Origin: Eledone cirrhosa | Lineage: Eukaryota | Direction of reading: 5' to 3' | DNA length: 64,000 nt | Assembly: GCA_964016885.1 (NCBI GenBank) | Contig: OZ024764.1 | Span: forward strand, 19,158,001-19,222,000 | Shown here: piece by piece, positions 11,225 to 23,900 of the stretch | Position numbering within the stretch: position 1 is the stretch's first letter | Layout: the number at the start of each line of letters is the position of its first letter | Notes under the pieces: generated by a model | Seen by the model: the letters and a program-made list of their open reading frames with translations, nothing else | Told to the model about the DNA's origin: nothing | The model's database searches: none | Program-made: the position numbers and the translations under genes

Positions 11225-13040
11225 AACACTGCAACACTAACTTACAGGAAAACATCTAGTTACTTCAATCAGGTGAAGAGATAAACTAGATTGACTTCAT
11301 TCTCATCAGAAAACAGGATAGACAGATGGTTGGGAATATTAACTCCTTTACTGGAGAAGGACGTACCACTCAACATAGACTAGATACTAGGTGTAAGATC
11401 TAGAGGGACTGTGAGAGGTACAAGACAACCTAGAGAAAAGGGTAGGGACAGTAAAACATCTCCCTGTTTAATATAAAATCTAGAGGGACTGTGAGAGAGG
11501 TACAAGACATCATCATCATCATCGTTTAACGTCCATGTTCCATGCTTGCATGGGTTTGGACGGGAGTTTTCCCACTTGAGGCAAGAGTGGTTGTCTTGCT
11601 CGCATAGGACTGTCTGGCGGGTTTTCTACAGTTGGATGCCCTTCCTAACACCAACCGCATTTACAGTGTGGGGCTGGGAGGTTTTTACCGTGTTGCCTAC
11701 ACGGCCACATTACAGCGTGGACTGTCTGGCTGGTTTTCTACAGCTGGATGCTCTTCCTAACACCAACCACATTTACAGTGTGCGACTGGGAGGTTTTTAC
11801 CGTGTTGCCTACACGGCCATATTACAGCGTGGACTGTGTTTTTTTTTGTCGTGAGACCTACACGATCTCATTTGTTTCGGCCTGGATTTTGTGGCACCAA
11901 CATAACTTTACATTGAAAGGGGCGGTGTGGATGGGGTGGGGGTGGTATATTTTGTTAGAGATGCCTACTGACTGTAGTAGGTTTTACTTTGTATTTAGGT
12001 AAGGCGGGTCTTCTCTATTACTGAGTACCGCCAAAGCTCTCGGTCCAGTGACATTGTCTTGGAGAGGTGTAAGTGTGTGAGGTCGGAATTTATCAGCTCG
12101 TCCCAGGTTTTTCTGGGTCTGCCTACTCCGTGGCTACCGTCTATCTTTATTGCCCTGCACTTTGCTATACAGCTGTCGTCTTTCATGCGCATCATGTGAC
12201 CATACCAACGTAGCCTTCTCTCGAGTAAACAACATCTGATCCCTCTTATTTTCCTTAGTTCGTTTATGCTTTGCCTTTTGCGTATATTACTATTACATAT
12301 CCAGCGGAGCATGCAAGCTTCGTTCCTCTCTAGTCTGCGTATATCCTCTGCACACAATGCCCAGGTCTCACTGCCATGCAACATTGCTGTTCGTATGCAG
12401 GCATCATACAACCTGCCTTTCATTTTTAGGGAGAACCCTTTAGCGGCTAATAGTGGTATAAGCTCTCTGAACTTTTTCCATCCAGTTCTGACTCTAGCTA
12501 CTGTACTTTCGGAGCACCCTCCCCCACTGCTGATTTTGTCACCCAGGTAACGGAAGCTGTCCACTATTTCTATAGAACCCTCTGCGCAGTTGAAAGAGCT
12601 AGTATTTTCTGGGCACTTGCTGCTACTTATTGCACCAGAGCACCGGCCACATGTAAGACAACCTAAATAAAGGGTAGGGATAGTAAAAGATCTCCCTGTT
12701 AAATATAAAATCTAGAAGGACTGTGAGAGAGGTACAAGACAACCTAGAGAAAAGGGTAGGGATAGTAAAATACCTGTTAAATATAAGATCTAGAGGGACT
12801 GTGAGAGAGGTACAAGACAATCTAACAAAAGGGGTAAGGACAGTAAAAGATCTCCCTGTTAAATATAAGATCTAGAGGGACTGTGAGAGAGGTACAAGAC
12901 AATCTAACAGAAGGGTAGGGACAGTAAAAGATCTCCCTGTTAAATATAAATTCAGAGATGTTCTACATGATACATATGATAAGGAGGAGGAGATTGATAG
13001 CTATCACATAGAAGATATCTGAAAGTTTCTTTCAGACAGC
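11225..13040 (+). repeat. Old RTE fragment containing an 82-bp minisatellite (also ~30665-31160, ~62575-63335)
   Basis: Unit agatctagagggactgtgagagaggtacaagacaacctagagaaaagggtagggacagtaaaagatctccctgttaaatata. Flanks translate IDFILIRKQDRQMV and KFRDVLHDTYDKEEEIDSYDIEDIWKFL, like the RTE EN-RT linker. Confidence 0.75.
11510..12654 (-). mobile_element. 5'-truncated RTE LINE (same family as 49715-53258)
   Basis: ORF 11995-12564 (FRYLG...LHGSETW...RLRWYGH...GRPRKTW); (GAT)n tail; probable TSD aagaca; ~112-bp internal duplication in the 3' UTR; absent from the paralogs. Confidence 0.95.
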
Positions 13041-13132
13041 CTGTTGTGAACCACTGATGAGATCTGTAGCTGATGTAAGCTGCCAGCCAGATGAATGTTG
13101 CCTTGGTGATGGAATAGTACAGTAGATAGAAG

Positions 13133-13492
13133 CCGACCTTACCCAATTACACCTCTCAAAGGCAATGACACACGACCGTGACCTCTGGCGTCAAGCAGTA
13201 ATACAGAGTACCCGACCTCCCATGGGTACAAGCTGAAGCATATAGACAATATGCCCCCACCACAAAAAAGCACCCAGTAAAGTGGACGTGTAGGCGCCAC
13301 GAAAAAGCACCCAGCACTCACTGTAAATGAGGTTGGTGTTAGGAAGGACATCCAGCTGTAGAAATCAAGCCAAATCAGTTCCTGTATGAGCAAGGCATGG
13401 TCAGCCAACCAGACACTGCCCACAACAGGACAATCCGTCTAACCAATGCTAGCGTGGAAGAACGGACGTAAAACGGTGATGATAATGATGAT
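13133..13492 (+). mobile_element. Short 3' fragment of an RTE LINE with an 8-bp TSD
   Basis: Translates ADLTQLHLSKAMTHDRDLWRQAV; (GAT)n tail; TSD gatagaag at 13125-13132 and 13493-13500; empty sites at ~31255 and ~63380. Confidence 0.9.
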
Positions 13493-13697
13493 GATAGAAG
13501 TTGAAATCTAAAACACCTGAAGAGAAAGGAGGAGAACAACAATATCAAATAGTTAAAATGGAAGCTAGATATTAGGCTTACAAATTATTGATTTCTGTTG
13601 TTATTGTTAAATTCTGTTTAATCTGTGATATGTGAGACAATGTACAGGACAATAGAATTAATATCAATGTCTGACTAGCAACAACAAAAGTTTTCAT

Positions 13698-13703
13698 TTT
13701 ATT
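13698..13703 (-). terminator. Putative polyadenylation signal of ZNF copy 1
   Basis: AATAAA ~270 nt after the stop, followed by GT-rich cttttgttgttgc; conserved in the other two 3' flanks. Confidence 0.5.
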
Positions 13704-13970
13704 GGCAGGTTTAAATTACAGAAGTTCCCAAACCTTTACTAAAAATACAAATATATATCTTACCTGTTAAAGTATAATAAATCAAAGTTTAATGTGAAAA
13801 ACTTCAATTTACACAAAATCTTCAAACACTACTTCAAAAATGGAAACCTGGTGTTGATGATCCCTGTCATAGGTAAAACCTACAAGGTTAACCCCAGTTT
13901 TAGCAAGGATGATGGATCTACACAATTGTTGTTGTTGTAGTATGATGTAATGAGTTTGATATTGATACAG

Positions 13971-15504
13971 CTAAACTTCTGTATGAATACGCACATGCTT
14001 GGTTAAGTTACCTCTACGAGAGAATGATTTACCACAGATGTCACAGTGATATGGCTTCTCTCTTGTATGAGTACGTTTGTGGGTAGCTAAGCTACTTCTG
14101 TCAGCGAATGATTTACCACATATGTCACAATGATATGGATTCTCCCCTGTATGAGTACGTTTGTGGCTAGTTAAGCCACTTCTGTTAGTGAATGATTTAC
14201 CACAGATGTCACAGTGATATGGCTTCTCTCCTGTATGAGTACGTTTGTGGGTAGCTAAGCTACTTCTGTCAGCGAATGATTTAACACAGATGTCACAATG
14301 ATATGGCTTCTCCCCTGTATGAATACGTTTGTGAGTAGTTAAGGTTATACTGCGACTGAATGATTTACCACAGATGTCACAGTGATATGGCTTCTCTCCT
14401 GTATGAATACATTTGTGAGTAGTTAGGCCACTACTATGAGAGAAGGATTTATCACAGATGCCACAGTGATATAGGTTCTCTCCTGTATGAATACGTTTGT
14501 AAGTAGTTTTGGTACTATTGTGACTGAATGATTTACCACAGATATCACAGTGATATGGCTTCTCTCCCGTATGAATACGTTTGTGAGTAGTTAGGTGACT
14601 AATATGAGAGAATGATTTACCACAGATATCACACTGATATGGCTTCTCTCCTGTATGAATACGTTGGTGTGTAACAAAGCTACTTCTGTGAGAGAATGTT
14701 TTACCACAGATATCACAGTGATATGGTTTCTCTCCTGTATGAATATGTTTGTGGCTAGTTAAGGTATTAATGAGACTGAATGATTTACCACAGATGTCAC
14801 AGTGATATGGTTTCTCCCCTGTATGAACACGTTTGTGAGTAGTTAAGGTACTACTGCGACTGAATGATTTACCACAGATGTCACAGTGATATGTCTTCTC
14901 TCCTGTATGAATATATTTGTGAGTAGTTAGGCCACTACTCTGAGAGAAGGATTTACCACAGATGTCACAGTGGTATGGCTTCTCTCCTGTATGAATATGT
15001 TTGTGAGTAGTTAAGGTACTACTTTGCCTGAATGATTTACCACAGATGTCACAGTGGTATGGCTTCTCTCCTGTATGAATATGTTTGTGAGTAGTTAGGT
15101 GATTATTAATAGAGAATGTTTTACTACAGATATCACAGTGATATGGTTTCTCTCCTGTATGAATATGTTTGTGACAAGCTAAGCTACTACTTTGGCTGAA
15201 TGATTTACCACAGATATCACAGTGATATGGCTTCTCTCCTGTATGAATACGTTTGTGATTAGTTAAGCTATCTCTTTCAAGAGAATGATTTACCACAGAT
15301 GTCACAGTGATGTGGCTTCTCTCCTGTATGAATTTCTTTGTGAACTCTGACGCTACTACTGTGACTGAATGATTTGTTACAGATATCACACTTATAAGGC
15401 TTCACTCCTGTATGAATACATTTGTGAGTAGTTAGGTGATTACGAGAGAATGATTTACCACAGATATCACAGTGGAATGGTGATTTTACTATATTTTTCG
15501 ACAT
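13971..15504 (-). pseudogene. C2H2 zinc-finger gene copy 1, 18 fingers, +1 frameshift in finger 3
   Basis: MSKNIVKSP start at 15504. An extra T near 15279 gives TGA; the remaining 15 fingers are open in the next frame to TAG at 13971. Could be a sequencing indel. Confidence 0.9.
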
Positions 15505-16158
15505 ATCTCCTACTAAAAGATATCAATCACCTCAGTTTCTCACATAATTCACAGTTTTAATATTTTTCTCCTGTCAATATATGAATATATGGATATTTTT
15601 CTTCTTTATGTTTATAATATTATTCCTAAAACATATTCCTCCAGATATATTTACATCAACTTTGGTCTTTCTTTATATTTAAAGATGATACAAACTGTTT
15701 TGTAGATCTCATCAAGTTTAATATACATATAAAATCATCTTGTACATATTCCAGACAGCAAAGAATAGAAGTGTTATTGAGTTTACAAGATATATTTCAC
15801 AGTATTTCTCCCCTAGATTTATATAAACAAGGTTGTATCTGTTCTGTATAACAGCTTCCTTTAATCTTTAAATAATAGTGTTGATGAAACAACTGATATA
15901 AAAGTGTTTTATCCTTTTCATACCAGTCTTTATATTTATCTAAAAACTTTCCATTATAGCTTCATGAAATTGTGCTAAGTTATGTTCCAAATAGCAGCTT
16001 AATACTGAGAAATTTAGTTATATTACTAAATCCCTTCAAAGTGTTGAGTGTTTTCAAAATTATTTGAAAACGATGGGTAGTGTCTTTCATTAGAAATGGT
16101 TAATGTTGAGGATATGTCTGATGTAACGTGCTCTTTAATGCCAATGTCCTCTGGTATT

Positions 16159-16180
16159 CTGAAATAATAAAAGAACATTA
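16159..16180 (-). promoter_or_regulatory. Splice acceptor of the ZNF coding exon (also 33644-33645, 49267-49268)
   Basis: taatgttcttttattatttcAG|aatacc, conserved in three copies. Confidence 0.65.
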
Positions 16181-16296
16181 TAAGATACTGAGAAACTTGT
16201 AATACATCAGTACAAATTTCATATAAAATTTCTATATTGATAAATGGACTGTAATAAATACTAAGGCCTTCTTTGGTGAAGAATGTGCTGACTAAC

Positions 16297-18627
16297 ATAG
16301 GTTAGTTATTAGTGGTAGTAGATTATACTGACTGATAAAAGTAGTTATTAGTGGCAGTAGATTAAACTGACTGATAAAAGTAGTTATTAGTGACATTAGA
16401 TTATACTGACTGATAAAAGTAGTTATTAGTGACATTAGATTAAACTGACTGATAAAAGTAGTTATTAGTGACATTAGATTATACTGACTGATAAAAGTAG
16501 TTATTAGTGACATTAGATTAAACTGACTGATAAAAGTAGTTATTAGTGACATTAGATTAAACTGACTGAAAAAAGTAGTTATTAGTAACATTAGATTAAA
16601 CTGACCGATAAAAGTAGTTATTAGTGACATTAGATTAAACTGACCGATAAAAGTAGTTATTAGTGACATTAGATTAAACTGACTGATAAAAGTAGTTATT
16701 AGTGACATTAGATTATACTGACTGATAAAAGTAGTTATTAGTGACATTAGATTATACTGACAGATAAAAGTAGTTATTAGTGACATTAGATTAAACTGAC
16801 TGATAAAAGTAGTTATTAGTGACATTAGATTATACTGACTGATAAAAGTAGTTATTAGTGACATTAGATTATACTGACAGATAAAAGTAGTTATTAGTGA
16901 CATTAGATTAAACTGACTGATAAAAGTAGTTATTAGTGACATTAGATTATACTGACTGATAAAAGTAGTTATTAGTGACATTAGATTATACTGACTGATA
17001 AAAGTAGTTATTAGTGACATTAGATTAAACTGACTGATAAAAGTAGTTATTAGTGACATTAGATTAAACTGACTGATAAAAGTAGTTATTAGTGACATTA
17101 GATTAAACTGACTGATAAAAGTAGTTATTAGTGACATTAGATTAAACTGACTGATAAAAGTAGTTATTAGTGACATTAGATTATACTGACAGATAAAAGT
17201 AGTTATTAGTGACATTAGATTATACTGACTGATAAAAGTAGTTATTAGTGACATTAGATTATACTGACAGATAAAAGTAGTTATTAGTGACATTAGATTA
17301 AACTGACTGATAAAAGTAGTTATTAGTGACATTAGATTATACTGACTGATAAAAGTAGTTATTAGTGACATTAGATTATACTGACTGATAAAAGTAGTTA
17401 TTAGTGACATTAGATTAAACTGACTGATAAAAGTAGTTATTAGTGACATTAGATTAAACTGACTGATAAAAGTAGTTATTAGTGACATTAGATTAAACTG
17501 ACTGATAAAAGTAGTTATTAGTGACATTAGATTAAACTGACTGATAAAAGTAGTTATTAGTGACATTAGATTATACTGACAGATAAAAGTAGTTATTAGT
17601 GACATTAGATTAAACTGACTGATAAAAGTAGTTATTAGTGACATTAGATTATACTGACTGATAAAAGTAGTTATTAGTGACATTAGATTATACTGACTGA
17701 TAAAAGTAGTTATTAGTGACATTAGATTATACTGACTGATAAAAGTAGTTATTAGTGACATTAGATTATACTGACAGATAAAAGTAGTTATTAGTGACAT
17801 TAGATTAAACTGACTGATAAAAGTAGTTATTAGTGACATTAGATTATACTGACTGATAAAAGTAGTTATTAGTGACATTAGATTATACTGACTGATAAAA
17901 GTAGTTATTAGTGACATTAGATTATACTGACTGATAAAAGTAGTTATTAGTGACATTAGATTATACTGACTGATAAAAGTAGTTATTAGTGACATTAGAT
18001 TAAACTGACAGATAAAAGTAGTTATTAGTGACATTAGATTATACTGACTGATAAAAGTAGTTATTAGTGACATTAGATTATACTGACTGATAAAAGTAGT
18101 TATTAGTGACATTAGATTATACTGACTGATAAAAGTAGTTATTAGTGACATTAGATTAAACTGACAGATAAAAGTAGTTATTAGTGACATTAGATTATAC
18201 TGACAGATAAAAGTAGTTATTAGTGACATTAGATTAAACTGACTGATAAAAGTAGTTATTAGTGACATTAGATTATACTGACTGATAAAAGTAGTTATTA
18301 GTGACATTAGATTAAACTGACTGATAAAAGTAGTTATTAGTGACATTAGATTATACTGACAGATAAAAGTAGTTATTAGTGACATTAGATTAAACTGACT
18401 GATAAAAGTAGTTATTAGTGACATTAGATTATACTGACTGATAAAAGTAGTTATTAGTGACATTAGATTAAACTGACTGAAAAAAGTAGTTATTAGTAAC
18501 ATTAGATTAAACTGACTGATAAAAGTAGTTATTAGTAACATTAGATTATACTGACTGATAAAAGTAGTTATTAGTGACATTAGATTAAACTGACAGATAA
18601 AAGTAGTTATTAGTGACATCAGATTAA
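16297..18627. repeat. 39-bp minisatellite, about 60 copies
   Basis: Unit attagatta(a/t)actgac(t/a)gataaaagtagttattagtgac. Confidence 0.98.
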
Positions 18628-18837
18628 CCCTTTAGTATTCACATTACTCTATATTTACTATTATATTTTCACAGTAAATGCTTTATCTCACATAATATCA
18701 AATCTCTGAGATTTTCATGTTATTTATTTTGAGAACAATACCTTAACATAAGTATAAGTGACCAGTTACGGCCAGTTTGAACAGAAAGATGTGAGAGAAT
18801 TCTGGCCAGATATGGCCAGTTTATATACTAAAGGTTA

Positions 18838-19470
18838 AAGAAATTAGGTGTAGAAGAATGGCTTGTGAGAAGCTGTCAGTAAAGTGTCTAGTGAGGAATT
18901 GAAGGTACAGGTAGGAGTTCATCATGGTTTAGTTCTTAGCCCACTGTTGTTCATCATAGTTCTCCAAGCCATAACAGAGAGGTTTAAGACTGGCTGTCTA
19001 TGGAAACTTCTCTATGTAGATGACCAACTATAGATATAGAATTTGAAATGGTAAGTTCTGAGAATATACTTAGCCAAAACTAAAGTAGTAATGGATAGGA
19101 GAGAAGACCCTGACCCCTTCAGGAAAGTGGCCCTGCTCCATATGTAGAAAAGGAATAAGTAGAGATAACCACAATGACAGAGGACAAAGATCTAGTTATA
19201 ATAGCAGGGGACTTCAATGGTCATGTTGGACAGTTCCAGGATGGATACACTGGGGTACATGGTGGTCATGGTTATGGCTCAAGAAATGAAGGAGTGAGGC
19301 TTCTTGTATTTTGTGATGCAAGTGAACTAACCATTTGCAACACTTCAAGAAACCTACCAACCACCTAATAACCTACCAATCAGGTGAGCACATGAGACAG
19401 ATTGACTTCTTGCTAGTTAGGTGTAAGACAGATAGATGGTGTCAAATACTAAGGCATACCCCAGGGAACA
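18838..19470 (+). mobile_element. Degenerate, rearranged RTE fragment (truncated paralog of 34335-36980)
   Basis: VGVHHG.VLSPLLFII and IAGDFNGHVG motifs; joined to the next unit at caa microhomology. Confidence 0.85.
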
Positions 19471-20089
19471 AAGTAGCAGGAAACGACTAGATTTGGAGAT
19501 AAAGAAGTGGGAGACAGGATTATCAGAGTTTAGAAGAGCTACACACTTCTCCAGTTGGCTGGGAAATAATTATCTTTCCTTAATTTTATTTCTCGACCTC
19601 TTAGATGTTTGTAATCGACTATTCTTACTGAAAACGGAAACCCTAATCCTAATACTGGGAAATAAAACGTCTATTGCAAGTATCTAAGGGGTTCAGAGAA
19701 AAAATACTGGAAAAGGGGTATAGCAAGAATTCTAAGAAAAATAATTATTCCCACCCAACGTGAGGTGTGAGTAGATCTGTGAAACTACATCTCTTTGTAT
19801 ACTTTCACCCTACTTTTTCTACAAATCTAGTCGTTTCCGTGAGGGTACCTGGTTATTTCAGCACCGTAGCCTCACCTTACTGAGGTGTCAGGTGATATCC
19901 GTAAGAGTACCTGGTTATCTCAGCACCTTAGCCTCACCTTACTGAGGCGTCAGGTGATACTCGTGAGGGTACCTGGTTATTTCAGCACCTTAGCCTCACC
20001 ATCACCCGTTGTAATGCTGCCAGTGTGTTGGCTTGCCTCAAAGTGTGTAGTTAACCCCTAGGGTGTGAGGTGTGGCCTATTATCACACT

Positions 20090-23000
20090 ATAAATTCAAT
20101 TTATTCACGTTTATAATAACATATATAATGACACAATGCTTAGAGGAAACTCATAAAATCACTTATATCAACACAAGTGGATAAGTTCCTTCAGAATGAA
20201 AATATAAACAGAGCATATAAATAAATTTACAGTAGAATAAGATAACAAATATGTTTTAAATATATAAATAACATTACAAATGCCTCGGTAACACTATAAA
20301 GGATGATACAATGAAAGATAAATTCCTTCAATGTTGCAATATTAAAGAAAATGTAAAGGAAGGGGTGGACAACGGAGCCAACACCAGAGCAAAAGACAGC
20401 AACGAGGGGTACTGGGAAACCTCTCTAATGAGTTTTGAGGCAAGCCAGCACACTGGCAGTGTTACCTCGGGTGATGGCGAGGCTGAGGTGCTGGAACAGC
20501 CAAGCGCCCTCGCGATTTCGCCAGTTACCTCTATAAGGCGAGCCGCCAGTGAGGAAAGGAACCTCGCAGTCAGCGGCCCGACTCCCCCAAACGTCTCGAA
20601 AGCCACAGGCTGGAAAATGTAGCTGGCCGACAGATCAGAGTATTTGAGGGTCTTACTCCGCTCGGCTGCCGAAGCTGTGGCTCTCGTCCTTACCGCAGCA
20701 TCAAGGATGTGGGAAAGAGCAAAGGAGTCACTAACAGTGACGTCCCAGATTAAGCACCTGCCTCTCGACCAGGGTCACAGGGTAAGGCCGTCAGGTCTTT
20801 TGCCGTCACTTCTGGACAACCCAGATGGTTCCAAGACTGAGGGGATTTTTGCCCGGGCCAAAGCTCTCTTCAGAATAAAGTTTAGCTCCGTGTGACGGGT
20901 GAAGTGGCCGGCAAGAAAGACCGTGGAGGCCTGTGGAGTGGAGGAGTTAGCCACATCTCAAACACATGCAGACGTCAGCTCCCACTCTGAGGGTGATGGA
21001 GACACGAAGTTCATCCAGGCTGAGTAGGCCTCCAACGTTGGCCACGGGTAAGGCATCGACCCAGTCACCGGAGTATTTGGCGCTGGCAGATGGTAAGTGG
21101 CACCTTGTAAACTGATCTGAGAGGACAAAGAGGGAGTCGAAGGTGGCATTCCAACGTATCCTGTCCCAAGTTCTCTGACTTCAACTGTCCTCCACCTTCT
21201 CAGGAAGAGACAAGCCCAACTCACTCCATTGCTGGAGAGCTTCACACAACTCCCTGTTGGAACTAGTCCATGTTGGAGAAGAGAGGATGCTGCAAGCTTG
21301 GGTGGAGGAAAGGAAGCAGGGGAGAGAGAGGGACGAACACTTACTAACATTGACCAGACACTCGAGTCTCTCGAAGATTAGGTCGTCGAAGCGTTGGAGG
21401 CAGGATGGAAATTTATGAGAGGGGCTGACCCTGAGCAGATACAGAAGCTTAGGAATAGACAGGTAGTTCCTGAGTAAGAAGAAACCTTGATGGGGTTCGA
21501 TATCTTCAATATTCCTCAGCAGCTGCTCAAGGCCAACCATCTTCGATTGGATGGTTGACTCGAAGGCCAGGTCTGTGATTGGGGCTCCTAAGGAGCACCA
21601 AGCCGACGGGGGAGGGACCGTGATGGAAGGGAAGGACTCTGCGAACAGGTCGATCAGCTGTTGGTGTTAAGAAGCCGGGTGGTTGAGAATCCAGAGCTCA
21701 CATTTGGAGCTATTGATCTGGAGACCCCGGCGCCAAGATCCTCCACCATCCTGTTGGCAGTGGCGAGAACCATATCCGGAGTTCCACCCACCAGGCGTCG
21801 TCGAGCTACCAGACATTGAGGTCCAACACAGCCCCCATCATGGTGACGTCATCAATGTACAGTGCGGGGGGGGGGGGGGGGGACGCGAGTGGGTCACCCT
21901 GTTGGACTCCTGAGGCAGCGGTGATGATCTGGTCACTGGAAGAGAGGTAGGAGGGCTCCCCATAAGCCTGCCAAGCAAAGTGGTAGAGTTGTGGGACCCT
22001 CTCTCTCGAGGACGATGTTACGGCTGACGGAGTTGAAGGCATTCCTGAGGTCAAGTTTGAGGATGACCTTGGGGGATGAGGAGGGCAAGTTGGCAAAGGC
22101 TCTGGCAGCGTGGACAGCAGCCACACATCCCAACCTGGTACCCACCCACAGCTGGATGGGGGAAAATTCCTCCGCCAGTGAGTTGGAGACCAACAGCAAT
22201 CACGCCTTTGCAGTGAAGCGGCGAGGTGTGCAGCCAACCGCAATGCGGCGTAGGTCCCCGTTGGGCTTGGTGAGACCAAATAGCTTTGCACCGAAGAACA
22301 GTGGGCGGATGAACGGGAGAACGTTCACTGATTCACAAACTGAGTCAGACTCTCCAAGAGCTCGAGTCCGGCATCACCGGCCGATAAGGAGATACCATCC
22401 TTGAGGTGTTGAGGATGAAGGACGTCAATTCCCGCGCCTGACCCAGCGGGGAAGGATGAAATCGCCTTTCTGATGATATTGGTGGTGTAAACCGGTCTCA
22501 AGTATTCTGCTGGTTCGGGCCAGTGTTGCTGATCATCTGGGGGTGCTTCTCTTTCAGACGCTCACGAGAGTCAGAGTTAGTTGGAGCAAGGGAGGACAGC
22601 CCCTTTAATGTCAAATTCGCTGAATTTGGCATTGACGGCTCGCTTGAGGTCTACCGGTTGTCTGTTGGTGGACACCGAGCTCGGAGACGAACTGAGATGA
22701 GACGTGGTTGGGGTGGACTCAAACAGCTGGAACTGCCGCTTGAGAGAGGACTTGAGGGAACCCGAGTTCGCATTGTGCACGTGAAGAGAGATGAGGGGAA
22801 ACAAAAACAATTTCTGCCAGACTATTGTTGGACGAGCAAACGTTTTTCAGTAAATTAGAGAGGGCACCTGCAAAGCTGTTCCGAGCTCCCTTAAGGGTCC
22901 GGTTAACGAGCTTTGATTTGGAGAAGCGCTTGGTGGGGGGGGGGGGGGGGCTGTGGAAAGTCGTCGGTAGAGTGTTGGTCATCCCCACGGAATAGTCGGA

Positions 23001-23900
23001 GCTGAAGTGGCACCGATGACAGGTCCAGTGTTGAAGCCTTACGGCTTGAGCTTTGGTGATGCCGACACAGCTTCTGTGGTAGCTTGCGTGGCATAGGTGA
23101 CATTTAATTGTCTTTAAGTACTGGTTAGTGCGGGCACAGAGGGCGCAATCAGGTGGCGGGCTGGCAACAGCCGGCAGTAGAGGGCCAGCGTTGGAATTCG
23201 GTGAAGGGAGTGAGTCAGTAAAGGAGACAGCAGTGGTTCTAACGGTGAGACTAAAGCGGGGGGTGGGTAGTGAGCTAACAGTTGTAGGGGTGGTGTGGTT
23301 GGCCGGGTTGGATTCGTTCGGGATCTGCCGTGAAGGAGAGGAGGGGTAGGTGGGGTCAAGTTAGCTCCTCTCGTGCGTGCTGCAGTTGGTGGAGAATGAG
23401 AGGTCGGAGGCTGACCGGTTGTCACATAGTCATTCCACCAAGCAGGTCTCTTGGTCGTTCAACGCATGCCACCGCCACCTAGAGTGGACTAGGTTAAAGT
23501 GGTGGCAACTTTAGCAATCGGCAATAGCCGGTGATAGTTCGGTCGAAACATCGGGCCACCGGCGGGTTGAACGAATACCTAGGTGGGCTGTGCGCGAGGA
23601 GGAAGTAAGGGTTGAGCAAGGGGAGGGATGAAGGTGGAGAAGGAGTGAGAAGATGATGAGTGCGTAGAGAGGAGTGTGGTCATGTGAGAGGCAGATAAAT
23701 ACAGTGGGAGAGAAAGAGCACTGAACATGCAAAGTGAAGGAAAATAAAGACGCTAAAAATACAAAATCTAAGGCTGTGAGTTTGTGTAATAGTTCGCATG
23801 GGTAAATCCACAGTAAAAACCGAAATTGTGAGTTTGTGTAAAAAAAAAAAAAAAAAAAAAACATGGGCAAGACTTGAGTAAAATCAAAACCTGAATGATA
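20090..23900 (-). mobile_element. CRE-clade (restriction-like endonuclease) non-LTR retrotransposon, near full length, frameshifted
   Basis: RT motifs RIAVGCT.RR, KLDLRNAFNS, GVQQGDPL, YLDDA. RLE region RHTELN...KRPDG...WDVTV...ETFG...AITRGN. N-terminal PHD finger. AATAAA near 20100. The 5' boundary is uncertain. Confidence 0.88.

Noticed and set aside
13971-15389. 472-aa ORF as an independent intact gene
   Set aside because: Its N-terminus is out-of-frame finger sequence from a non-ATG start; the true ATG is at 15504, upstream of a frameshift.
16292-18619. 775-aa ORF (MSLITTFISQFNL)n as a protein gene
   Set aside because: It follows from a stop-free 39-bp unit, is only 112 aa in the paralog, and lies in a predicted intron.
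16297-18627. CRISPR-like array
   Set aside because: Head-to-tail repeats with no unique spacers, no cas genes, and a eukaryotic context.
21865-22950. Poly-G tracts in the CRE element as functional G-quadruplex or frameshift signals
   Set aside because: The 21865 run disrupts a conserved RT motif; more likely homopolymer expansion or sequencing error.
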